Shown in pieces: positions 8,237 to 16,552 of a stretch of 64,000 nt of DNA; positions within the stretch are counted from its first letter, which is position 1; every line of letters starts with the position of its first letter. The notes under the pieces were generated by a model. It had not been told where the DNA came from, searched no databases, and saw nothing but the letters and a program-made list of their open reading frames with translations. Source of the DNA: Spirochaetia bacterium (GTDB lineage: Bacteria; Spirochaetota; Spirochaetia; CADAEX01); NCBI GenBank assembly GCA_017642445.1, contig JAGCPA010000060.1, forward strand, positions 11,797 through 75,796. The letters run 5' to 3'. The position numbers and the translations under genes were made by a program.

Positions 8237-9741
8237 TCAAAAGTGAAATACTTGCTGAACGTCTGGTGGAAGTTGTCCTTAAGCTTGTCAGATGTCAGGA
8301 AGTAGTTGATTATATCGGTCTCTGCAATCTGTCCGTCAATCTGATTTCCATACAGTTTCACAGCCTCGTCGATATCATCTCTGGTAGACTCTTCTGCAAG
8401 CTGGAGCACCACAACTCCATTGTTCAGGATGACAGGCTTGGAATACTCCTCGCCTTTGATTGTGAAGGCCTGGATAAAGAAATCCTTGCTGTACATTGCT
8501 GCTGAAAGATCAAGGTCTCCCTGCTCCACCCGCACCTGGCTGAAGTAGTTGATCGCACCGTAGTTGATGCAGAACGGCTCTGTGTTATATACAGAGATTC
8601 CGGCCTTTGATGCCGCACCATAGATACCGTCTGTCTGTGCATCCTTGATGAATGTCTCTGCTGCGGAGACTGCCTTATCCTCTACAAAACCACGCTCATA
8701 CCGGTTCACATAGCCCTTTATAGCCCGGAGTGTGTCGGCAGATGAGAAGTCGGGGTCGGTTGCGGCCGCAGTGCAGCGGTAGATCACAAAATCATTTCCA
8801 GACTTGATTATGTCGGAAACTGCACCCTGTGCAAGAGCCAGGATCTTATCAAGGTCTGCATCGCTGAACTCAGACTTGAGCTCGTAGCTGTAGGAGACAC
8901 CCATTGCTCCGCCACCCTCTGCAAATACGTCGGTGGACTGTGCTTTTGCTGTCTCGGCAAAAGATTCAGGGTCTGCCTGTACCATCTTAAGCACTTTCTT
9001 TGCATCGCTCTCGCTGGAAAGTGTTATCTTGCTCAGTCCGATGCGCTTGAAGTTCTTAGGATTCTGCTGTGCATAGGCAGTGAGATCTGCATCTGGAACT
9101 CTGTCCAGAGGGAAGAACATGAGATGGAAGCTGCGCTGGCTCTTCATGAGGCCATAGGTATAATCGTTCTCGGCATCAGCTGTCTTCTGACCATAGAGAT
9201 AATCGGAAAGGTAATACTCCTTGAGCAGGTTCTCCTTGAAGTCTTTGCGAAACTCTTCTCTCTTATAAGAAGGGGTGTTCTGATACAGCTCCACATCAAA
9301 CTCGCCGTTGTTCTGGTAAGGACCGTGCTTTATAATAAGCCGGTTCAGCTGCTCTGCAGATACATGGGTCTTGTCTGCGGCAACCTCGGAAAGGATTCCC
9401 ACATGTACAACTGTGCGCTCAAAAGCACCACGCCATACTCTGTACATATCCCATTTCCAGTTCTGGCTGTCGCCGCTCGGATTGATCTGCTGGCCAAGGA
9501 TCTCCCGCTGCTGTGCAAAGTAGCCGTTCTGGGAGAACTCGATATCCTCTTTTCCATACTTTCCGAAGGAGATGGAACCGGATGTGCCCCTGACTGCGTC
9601 GCCTACAACAGGCGCACCCACAAATGTAACTGCAATTACTATAAGAAGTATAACAGAAAAGATATAGAGCACCGGATGCCGGCTGTTCTTCTTTTCCTGT
9701 TCAATAGCATTTTTCTCAAGTTGTTTTTCTTTTTCTGCCAT
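8233..9741 (-). CDS. membrane-anchored periplasmic chaperone/peptidyl-prolyl isomerase (PpiD/SurA-like)
   Basis: 502 aa; one N-terminal TM helix then a SurA-N-like region and a parvulin-like region; weak similarity by eye. Confidence 0.5.
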   Translation of the reverse strand: MAEKEKQLEKNAIEQEKKNSRHPVLYIFSVILLIVIAVTFVGAPVVGDAVRGTSGSISFGKYGKEDIEFSQNGYFAQQREILGQQINPSGDSQNWKWDMYRVWRGAFERTVVHVGILSEVAADKTHVSAEQLNRLIIKHGPYQNNGEFDVELYQNTPSYKREEFRKDFKENLLKEYYLSDYLYGQKTADAENDYTYGLMKSQRSFHLMFFPLDRVPDADLTAYAQQNPKNFKRIGLSKITLSSESDAKKVLKMVQADPESFAETAKAQSTDVFAEGGGAMGVSYSYELKSEFSDADLDKILALAQGAVSDIIKSGNDFVIYRCTAAATDPDFSSADTLRAIKGYVNRYERGFVEDKAVSAAETFIKDAQTDGIYGAASKAGISVYNTEPFCINYGAINYFSQVRVEQGDLDLSAAMYSKDFFIQAFTIKGEEYSKPVILNNGVVVLQLAEESTRDDIDEAVKLYGNQIDGQIAETDIINYFLTSDKLKDNFHQTFSKYFTFE

Positions 9742-9820
9742 AATACTTTATTTTATCATCGGGGACACCCTGTGTCAATTCCAGCGACAGAAGCCCCATA
9801 AAAAATATTTAAAAACCTTA

Positions 9821-9850
9821 TTGACACCAAGATTGAATAATTGATATATT
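9821..9850 (+). promoter_or_regulatory. sigma70-like promoter for tRNA-Asp
   Basis: TTGACA, 17-nt spacer, ATATAT(T), about 15 nt upstream of the tRNA 5' end. Confidence 0.45.
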
Positions 9851-9864
9851 CTTGTTTGTCAGAA

Positions 9865-9939
9865 GGGGGCGTGGCGAAGCTGGTTTATCGCGCCGGCCTG
9901 TCAAGCCGGAGATCGAGGGTTCAAGCCCCTTCGCTCCCG
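9865..9939 (+). tRNA. tRNA-Asp (anticodon GTC)
   Basis: Cloverleaf folded by hand: acceptor GGGGGCG/CGCTCCC; D-stem GCGA/TCGC; anticodon stem CCGGC/GCCGG with loop CTGTCAA; T-arm GAGGG-TTCAAGC-CCCTT; no encoded CCA. Confidence 0.85.
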
Positions 9940-9942
9940 ACG

Positions 9943-9974
9943 GGGTGCTTTTTCAAGCACCCCATTTTTTTTCT
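9943..9974 (+). terminator. rho-independent terminator after tRNA-Asp (also at the 3' end of ribH on the other strand)
   Basis: GGGGTGCTTTTTCAAGCACCCC followed by ATTTTTTTT. Confidence 0.7.
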
Positions 9975-10439
9975 TCAGAGCTTCTTCATCAGGTTGACCA
10001 TCTCTACAGCGGAGAGAGCACAGTCGTAGCCCTTGTTGCCGGCCTTGGAGCCAGCCCGCTCGATAGCCTGCTCGATATTCTCGGTGGTGATGATTCCGAA
10101 GAGGACAGGGATACCGTTCTTAAGCCCTACCTGAGCTATACCCTTGGATACTTCGTTGCATACATAGTCGTAGTGGGTTGTTGCGCCACGGATCACAGCA
10201 CCTACAGCTATAACTGCATCATACTTTCCGCTGGCAGCCAGCCTGTCTGCAATAACAGGAATCTCGAAAGCACCCGGAACCCATACTGCTGTGATGTTGT
10301 CATCCTTGACACCATGGCGCACCAGGCCGTCCACAGCTCCGTCCAGAAGCTTCTTCACAATAATCTCGTTGAAACGGGAAGCTACGATAGCAACCTTCAT
10401 TCCCTCTGGAGCAACTAATTTTCCTTCAAACAGTTTCAT
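9975..10439 (-). CDS. ribH: 6,7-dimethyl-8-ribityllumazine synthase
   Basis: 154 aa; [20 protein letters not shown] and GAFEIP motifs. Confidence 0.9.
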   Translation of the reverse strand: MKLFEGKLVAPEGMKVAIVASRFNEIIVKKLLDGAVDGLVRHGVKDDNITAVWVPGAFEIPVIADRLAASGKYDAVIAVGAVIRGATTHYDYVCNEVSKGIAQVGLKNGIPVLFGIITTENIEQAIERAGSKAGNKGYDCALSAVEMVNLMKKL

Positions 10440-10460
10440 TTCATACCTCGCTTATATAGT

Positions 10461-11666
10461 TTAAAATTTTGTAAAAATATGTCCCATCTTGTCTTTCTTG
10501 GTCTGCAGATAGAAGCGGTCGTACTGCTGCGGCTCCACCTCGATCGGAACCCGCTCTGCAACCCGCAGCCCGAAGCCGTCCAAGCCATACACCTTGTTGG
10601 GGTTGTTGGTCATAAGACGGAGTGATTTTATTCCCAGGTCCCTAAGAATCTGGGCCCCTATCCAGTACTCCCGCAGGTCGGGCTGGAAGCCCAGCTTTAT
10701 GTTGGCCTCCACAGTGTCGCACCCCTGCTCCTGGAGCACATAGCTCTTAAGCTTGTTTATAAGCCCTATACCCCGGCCCTCCTGCCGCATATAGAGCACC
10801 ACGCCGCGTCCCTCCTGCTGTATAAGCTCCATGGCCTTGTGCAGCTGCTGGCCGCAGTCACACCGCTTTGAGCCGAAGACATCGCCGGTCATGCACTCTG
10901 AGTGGACGCGGCAAAGCACATTCTCGCCGTCGCCGATATCACCCTTAAGGAGTGCGATATGGTTCTCGCCTGTTATGTCGTTCACATAGCCGTAGATATC
11001 AAAGTCGCCGTAGTCGGTGGGGAGCTTTGCCTTGGCCTCTCTTATCACATGCTTCTCGTGGATGCGGCAGTAGTCCTGCAGCTCCTTGATTGTGATGAAC
11101 TTGAGGTTGTACTTCTCTGCCAGCTTCCAGAGCTTGGGGGTGCGCATCATGGTGCCGTCGTCGTCCATGACCTCGCAGCAGAGGCCGCACTCCTTAAGGC
11201 CGGCAAGGCGGCAGAGGTCCACAGTGGCCTCGGTGTGGCCGTTCCGCACCAGCACTCCACCCCTTCTTGCAGTAAGGGGGAACATGTGGCCAGGGCGCCG
11301 GAAATCAAGTGGTGTGGAGGCATCGTTCACGCACTGGAGTGCAGTGATTGAGCGCTCTGCCGCCGAGATTCCTGTGGTGGTGCTTATATGGTCTATGGAG
11401 ACAGTGAATGCTGTCTCGTGGTTGTCTGTGTTCTCCGACACCATCGGTGGCAGTCCCAGCTTTGTGGCAAGGGCTGCGCTCATCGGGGTGCACAGGAGCC
11501 CCTTTGCATAGGTTGCCATGAAGTTGACATTGGCCTGGGTGGCAAACTCAGCCGCACAGATCATGTCCCCCTCGTTCTCCCGGTCCGGGTCGTCGGTCAC
11601 CAGGATTATCCTTCCGTTCCGAAGCTCATCAAGGGCCTCTTCTATCGTGTTGTACTTAAAATCCAT
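10461..11666 (-). CDS. ribBA: bifunctional 3,4-dihydroxy-2-butanone-4-phosphate synthase / GTP cyclohydrolase II
   Basis: 401 aa; DHBP synthase N-half (DRENEGDMI) and GCH-II C-half (CDCGQQL, EGRGIGL). Confidence 0.9.
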   Translation of the reverse strand: MDFKYNTIEEALDELRNGRIILVTDDPDRENEGDMICAAEFATQANVNFMATYAKGLLCTPMSAALATKLGLPPMVSENTDNHETAFTVSIDHISTTTGISAAERSITALQCVNDASTPLDFRRPGHMFPLTARRGGVLVRNGHTEATVDLCRLAGLKECGLCCEVMDDDGTMMRTPKLWKLAEKYNLKFITIKELQDYCRIHEKHVIREAKAKLPTDYGDFDIYGYVNDITGENHIALLKGDIGDGENVLCRVHSECMTGDVFGSKRCDCGQQLHKAMELIQQEGRGVVLYMRQEGRGIGLINKLKSYVLQEQGCDTVEANIKLGFQPDLREYWIGAQILRDLGIKSLRLMTNNPNKVYGLDGFGLRVAERVPIEVEPQQYDRFYLQTKKDKMGHIFTKF

Positions 11667-12306
11667 TTTCCCTTAAAAACTCCTCTGTTATCCTGCTTCT
11701 GTGCGGCTCTTCCGGCGCTTTCTGCCCCAGGAGGCGCTGCACATATTTTCCTACAATATCGTTCTCCAGATTCACCACATCGCCAGATCTCTTTTTCAGG
11801 AGCGTGGTATGAGAGCTGGTGTGGGGAATTATGGAGACTGCAAAATCTTCATTTCCAACCTTTGCAACAGTCAGGCTTATGCCGTCGATGGCAATGGAGC
11901 CCTTCTCCACAATCAGGGCAAGTATATCCTGCGATGTGCGGACATAGACCCAGGTCGCATTCCCCTCTTCCTCCATCCTGGAGATGGTGCCGGTGCCGTC
12001 GATATGGCCGCTCACTATATGGCCGCCGAAACGGCCGTCGGCAGGCATTGCCCGCTCAAGGTTCACCTGACCGCCAGCTTCAAGCTGTCCCAAGTTGGAA
12101 CGACGCAGAGTCTCGGCCATGACATCGGCTGTAAAACTTTTTTTATCCATAGTTGTGACAGTAAGGCACACACCGTTCACTGCAATGCTGTCTCCCGGCC
12201 TGGTGCCGGAAAGGACCAGCTCTGCCCCTATCTGGATGCTGCCTGAGCTTCCCTTGAGAGCCACATGGCGTACTGTCCCTGTCTCCTCGATTATTCCTGT
12301 AAACAT
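11656..12306 (-). CDS. ribE: riboflavin synthase alpha subunit
   Basis: 216 aa; [12 protein letters not shown] start and an internal duplicated lumazine-binding repeat. Confidence 0.9.
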   Translation of the reverse strand: MFTGIIEETGTVRHVALKGSSGSIQIGAELVLSGTRPGDSIAVNGVCLTVTTMDKKSFTADVMAETLRRSNLGQLEAGGQVNLERAMPADGRFGGHIVSGHIDGTGTISRMEEEGNATWVYVRTSQDILALIVEKGSIAIDGISLTVAKVGNEDFAVSIIPHTSSHTTLLKKRSGDVVNLENDIVGKYVQRLLGQKAPEEPHRSRITEEFLRENGF

Positions 12307-13448
12307 CTTGAAACCTCATATTCAATCAGAATATCGCTTCCTAAAAGCTGTGTCCTGCCCCGGCAGAGCTGGAATGCATCCGAGACCTTATGCGCCCCTT
12401 CTCCGGAGACCGGCCCCAGCGCTCTTTCCCCGCCGAAAATCTTGGGTGCAATGTAGCTGTAGATATGGTTCACTATTCCTGCATTCAGGGCGCTGTAATG
12501 GACCTGGCTCCCCCCTTCTATAAGGAGGCTGTCTACCCCCCGCCTTCCCAGCTCGACGGCCAGTGCCTTAAGATCGGGCCTGCCATCAGAACCAGGCAGA
12601 GAAAGCACCTCGGCGCCAAGCTTTTCCAGCGCTTCTTTCTTCTCTAAAGATGCTGCGCCGCATACAACCAGAAGCGGTATCTCGCGGGCACTCTGCACCA
12701 GAGCGCTCTCCAGCGGAATACGCAGAGATGTGTCCAGCACAATGCGCAGCGGGTTCACTCCGCCGGGAAGGCGGCAGTTAAGCATAGGGTTGTCGGCAAG
12801 CACTGTGTTAATGCCAACAAGTATGGATGCATATCTGTTTCTGAGCCTGTGTACATGCTCTCTTGCCACTTCTCCTGTTATCCACTTGGAGGCACCATCC
12901 ACTGTCGCAATCCTGCCGTCGGCAGTCATGGCATACTTAAGGGCAACATAAGGGGTGCCTGTGGTGATGTAATGGAAGAAGATAGGATTGAGGGCATCGC
13001 ACTCCTCTTTGAGGAAGCCGGTCTCCACCTCTATCCCATGCTGCCTAAGGAACTCTATCCCCTTTCCTGCAACCAGCGGATTCGGGTCTGATGAGCCTAT
13101 GATGACACGTTTTACTCCTGCCTCGGCTAATGCGGCGGTGCAGGGGGGCTGCTTGCCGGTGTGGCAGCATGGCTCAAGGGTCACATAGATGTCGGCGCCA
13201 TGAGGATCCTCTCCCCGCCGGATGCAGTCGGCCAGAGCTTCCCGCTCGGCATGCAGGCCGCCATATTCTCTGTGATACCCCTCGCCTATGAGCCGGCCAT
13301 CTTTTACAACAACAGCTCCCACAAGAGGATTGGGACGTGTTTTCCCCTCTCCTTGTGCAGCAAGCTCCATGGCACGTCTCATATACTGTTCTACAGGCAT
13401 AAAAAAACCCCTGACCCGGGGCAAAAATGCGAAAAGATCTTCTCTCAT
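12291..13448 (-). CDS. ribD: bifunctional diaminohydroxyphosphoribosylaminopyrimidine deaminase / 5-amino-6-(5-phosphoribosylamino)uracil reductase
   Basis: 385 aa; deaminase motif GLHAEREAL and PCCHTGKQPPC, with a reductase C-terminal domain. Confidence 0.9.
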   Translation of the reverse strand: MREDLFAFLPRVRGFFMPVEQYMRRAMELAAQGEGKTRPNPLVGAVVVKDGRLIGEGYHREYGGLHAEREALADCIRRGEDPHGADIYVTLEPCCHTGKQPPCTAALAEAGVKRVIIGSSDPNPLVAGKGIEFLRQHGIEVETGFLKEECDALNPIFFHYITTGTPYVALKYAMTADGRIATVDGASKWITGEVAREHVHRLRNRYASILVGINTVLADNPMLNCRLPGGVNPLRIVLDTSLRIPLESALVQSAREIPLLVVCGAASLEKKEALEKLGAEVLSLPGSDGRPDLKALAVELGRRGVDSLLIEGGSQVHYSALNAGIVNHIYSYIAPKIFGGERALGPVSGEGAHKVSDAFQLCRGRTQLLGSDILIEYEVSRCLQE

Positions 13449-13565
13449 CCAGACTATACTGTCGGCTACGGAATCGCACCGTATCGTGCCCTTGAAAAGG
13501 GCTCGCTGGCTTACGCGTAAAAGCGCTCACAGCCGGTAGGGAAATTCTCCCTGCCCCGAAGACAA
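13398..13565 (-). promoter_or_regulatory. FMN riboswitch (RFN element) upstream of ribDEBAH
   Basis: The reverse complement contains GGGGCAGGGAGAATTTCCCTACCGGCTGTGAGCGC ... CGTAGCCGACAGTATAGTCTGGATGAGAGAAGATC, matching the RFN consensus; a short GC hairpin plus U7 (13398-13430) is a likely terminator-type expression platform. Confidence 0.85.
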
Positions 13566-13669
13566 TTCAAGAATATCACTTTATCCCCTATATGACAAGC
13601 CCCGTGGCAATATTGACATTTCCTTATTCTCAAATTATCTTATATAGAGAAATATTACAGAAGGACACA

Positions 13670-14794
13670 ATGGTTAACAGGGAGCAGAGGATTCTCCAGG
13701 TACTACACAGTGGGGGCTTTAGCGAGCTTACTTTTCTCCAGAAGTCAATTATACCTCTGGCATTGGACGGACAAAATATAATTGCCGAAACTGGAGTGAA
13801 TGCAGGAAAGATTGTAAGCTACATCATTTCCTCCATCATCTATCTTGATGATTCTGATCCCGGTCTAAAAGTTTTAGTTATCGTTCCATCTGTGGAAGAC
13901 GTGAAGAAAGTATCAGAGCAGTATGCGCTGTTCTGCAGGGAAGGAGCCGAGAAAGTATCTGTGGTCTCTTTCCTCGAGGAGAATAATACAAAAGGAGAGC
14001 TTGCTGTCCTGGAGAAAAAGCCGGACATCCTGATCTCTACGCCAGACAAAATTATAGATCATATCAGGCTGGGCAACTTTGACACAGACTCCATCTTGAC
14101 CTGTATTGTTGACTGCGGTGATGATCAATACAACGGCTTCTCAAACGACATCGAGTTCATCCATTCAGCGTTTTCCGTGCTGACCCGATTCTGGGTCTTC
14201 ACAAAAGACAGAGAGATGATACCTATTTTTCACCACCTTCTGATTGACCCCGAGATTATTTACAGTAACAGGGGAATTAAGAGCAGCACATCAGAGAGCC
14301 AGGAGGAAAAAATGGAATTCAGTGCAGATCAGGAAAGCAAGTACGCAGAACTCATAAAGAAAATGGTAAAGAACATCAGAGAGGAAGAGGATGCAAACGA
14401 AATGAACCAGTTCAAGAAGCTGGTAAAGAGAAATGTTCCGTTCACAATGCGTGGATATTTCAGCGCATACCTTTTCAAGAATCTGGTTACAAATACAAAG
14501 ACAGGACATGCCCCAAGCCAGAACAGAGCCGACAAAGAGTACAAGACACTCTTCTTCAACATCGGCCGGACACGCGGTCTCAACCCACAGGCTCTGCTCC
14601 GCTTCATCGCTGCAAGCGCAGAAATTGACAACTCAGAGATCGGCCAGATCAAGATGCACGACAACTATTCGTTTGTGGATGTGGCTGAGCCTTCTGTACA
14701 GAAAGTTCTGGATACTCTCAACTCAAAGGTTTACAGAGGCAGGACACTGGCTGTCAACTTTGCCAAGAAGAGCGCAGAAGCTCCAAAAGCCTGA
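13670..14794 (+). CDS. DEAD-box-helicase-like protein with degenerate ATPase motifs and a C-terminal DbpA-type RNA-binding domain
   Basis: Q-motif-like FSELTFLQKSIIP; motif I degenerate (AETGVNAGKI vs AxTGSGKT); DEAD replaced by VDCGD; C-terminus (RTRGLNPQALLRFIAASAEIDNSEIGQIKMHDNYSFVDV) is DbpA-RBD-like; preferred start is the ATG at 13670 with an AAGGA RBS (the ORF track begins at 13592). Confidence 0.55.
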   Translation: MVNREQRILQVLHSGGFSELTFLQKSIIPLALDGQNIIAETGVNAGKIVSYIISSIIYLDDSDPGLKVLVIVPSVEDVKKVSEQYALFCREGAEKVSVVSFLEENNTKGELAVLEKKPDILISTPDKIIDHIRLGNFDTDSILTCIVDCGDDQYNGFSNDIEFIHSAFSVLTRFWVFTKDREMIPIFHHLLIDPEIIYSNRGIKSSTSESQEEKMEFSADQESKYAELIKKMVKNIREEEDANEMNQFKKLVKRNVPFTMRGYFSAYLFKNLVTNTKTGHAPSQNRADKEYKTLFFNIGRTRGLNPQALLRFIAASAEIDNSEIGQIKMHDNYSFVDVAEPSVQKVLDTLNSKVYRGRTLAVNFAKKSAEAPKA

Positions 14795-15142
14795 TTATCT
14801 TTCGTTGTTGTTCTGACAGTCGATGCAGAGCACAGCGTAAGGCAATGCCCGGAGACGGGCCTCAGAAATTTTCTTTCCGCAGTTCATGCAGATGCCGAAC
14901 CGTTTTGCATCAAGACGGGAAAGTGCCGCATCAATGTTCCTGAGCTTGTTGATATCCTGGCTGCTCATGCTTTCCAGCATCTTCCGGTCAATCTCGTCAG
15001 AAGCGATATCTACATCATCCTTTGGGTCGGCGCTTGAAAAGAGGGAGTGGAAAGAGTTGTTCTGGGAGTTGATGTTCTCGATCAATTCCTGCTTCAAAGA
15101 TAAAAGTGATTTTCTCATCTCCTCTTCAAATTTTACAGACAT
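14795..15142 (-). CDS. DksA/TraR family C4-type zinc-finger protein
   Basis: C-terminal CMNCGKKISEARLRALPYAVLCIDCQ; start chosen at the ATG preceded by GGAGGG. Confidence 0.7.
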   Translation of the reverse strand: MSVKFEEEMRKSLLSLKQELIENINSQNNSFHSLFSSADPKDDVDIASDEIDRKMLESMSSQDINKLRNIDAALSRLDAKRFGICMNCGKKISEARLRALPYAVLCIDCQNNNER

Positions 15143-15224
15143 AGTTCCCTCCATTAGTATTTGCAGAACAATTGCACAAAACAGGCGGTCGTGTCAACAG
15201 ATAAATCAACTTTTTTATGATTTT

Positions 15225-15734
15225 TTATGATATTTTTTTCGAACTCAAAAAAGAAATCACCAGAAGGAAACCGCAGACAACAATAGCAGCATCGGCAACA
15301 TTGAAAGTGGGCCACCTGTCAAGGCCGAAAAGACCGTAGAATTTAACATCGATAAAATCGACAACACCCAGAGGACGGAAGATACGGTCCACCAGATTTC
15401 CTGCACCGCCGCCTAAAATTCCGCATGCGGCCCAGCGCTGCAGCCTGGTAAGAGAATCGGTCTTAAGAAGATAGATTGCAATAGCGCCCAAGACAACAAG
15501 AGGCACTGCGGAGAAGAATATCATTTTAAGCACCTGAGGCATAGATGTTCCGATGCTGAATGCAATAGCTGTGTTCCTGGCGTGGATTATCCTGAGAAAG
15601 TCTCCCATAAAGCTGGCCCCTATGCCGTTCATGGGAATAAGCACAGTTATAAGCCATTTTGTAAACTGGTCTAAGAGAACAACAGCCAGGGTCAGGATAA
15701 ATGGCAGGCGCTTATCGTCTTTATTCATTTTCAC
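15225..15734 (-). CDS. lspA: lipoprotein signal peptidase II
   Basis: 169 aa, four TM helices, conserved FNVADAAIVVG-like and GGGAGNLVDR motifs. Confidence 0.85.
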   Translation of the reverse strand: MKMNKDDKRLPFILTLAVVLLDQFTKWLITVLIPMNGIGASFMGDFLRIIHARNTAIAFSIGTSMPQVLKMIFFSAVPLVVLGAIAIYLLKTDSLTRLQRWAACGILGGGAGNLVDRIFRPLGVVDFIDVKFYGLFGLDRWPTFNVADAAIVVCGFLLVISFLSSKKIS

Positions 15735-16489
15735 AGCCCGGTGGGAACATCGATGAAAAGAGTCTTAAGAGCAAGCTCCTCAGAAACTTTAGCCGCAACA
15801 TTCTGCACACCATACACTTCGGTGCGGTAATGTCCTGCAGAAATCATATTGATCTTATTCTCAAGACAGGTGTGATATACATCATGGGCCGCATCTCCGG
15901 TTATATAGAGATCCACATCCTCATCAACAGCAGCATCCACATCATGCTCGCCGCCGCCGGTTATGACTGCTCCGGTAAGGTTCTTCTCCTTGCCGAAGGA
16001 TAGCGCTGCCAGAAGCTCGGCCCTGTCGTAGCCCAGCCTCTCAAGCACCTGCTCTGTTGTCACAGGTTCCTGGAAAGTTCCTTTAAATCCGACCTTGACC
16101 CCGCGGAATTCGCCGAAAGGCTTCAGATCAGTTAAGCCTGCAGCCTTAGCCAGAGCCGCATTGTTTCCAAGATCCGGATGCATATCCAGCGGAAGATGTG
16201 CCGCATAAAGAGCTATATTGTTATCGAGAAGAAATTTGATGCGCTGATAGTGGCTTCCGGTTACAGTCTGCTCGTGTCCCCAGAAGATTCCGTGGTGGAC
16301 AAACACCATCTGGGCACCTGCCTCCTTGGCCCTTCTGAAAGTCTCCATGCATGCATCAACTGCAAATGCGATGCAGGTTATATCCGCAGTATTCTCCACC
16401 TGCACACCGTTTAAAGAGGAATCGGTGCCGGCAAGTGCATCAAGCTCCAAAAAGCTTCTGAAATAGGAATCAAGCTCTTTCAGTCTCAT
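15731..16489 (-). CDS. Nif3-like dinuclear metal centre protein (GTP cyclohydrolase 1 type 2 family)
   Basis: 252 aa; HHG, ITGDAAHD and YxAGHYxTE motifs of the NIF3/YqfO family; 4-nt overlap with lspA. Confidence 0.8.
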   Translation of the reverse strand: MRLKELDSYFRSFLELDALAGTDSSLNGVQVENTADITCIAFAVDACMETFRRAKEAGAQMVFVHHGIFWGHEQTVTGSHYQRIKFLLDNNIALYAAHLPLDMHPDLGNNAALAKAAGLTDLKPFGEFRGVKVGFKGTFQEPVTTEQVLERLGYDRAELLAALSFGKEKNLTGAVITGGGEHDVDAAVDEDVDLYITGDAAHDVYHTCLENKINMISAGHYRTEVYGVQNVAAKVSEELALKTLFIDVPTGL

Positions 16490-16517
16490 ATTTTTATTAT
16501 ATATTAAAAAACTCTCC

Positions 16518-16546
16518 TTGACAACAAACAGTCAATCCTATGTAAT
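16518..16546 (+). promoter_or_regulatory. sigma70-like promoter abutting the Lon-like gene start
   Basis: TTGACA, 17-nt spacer, TGTAAT, ending 6 nt before the ATG at 16553. Confidence 0.4.
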
Positions 16547-16552
16547 TGAAAC

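Noticed and set aside
9852-10418. 188-aa plus-strand ORF spanning the tRNA-Asp and antisense to ribH
   Set aside because: It runs through a well-folded tRNA and its terminator and is antisense to the conserved ribH; not credible.
10902-12523. Several plus-strand ORFs (10902-11351, 11388-12122, 11701-12246, 12095-12523) inside the rib operon
   Set aside because: All antisense to ribBA, ribE and ribD; Arg/Pro/His-rich translations typical of GC-rich antisense frames.
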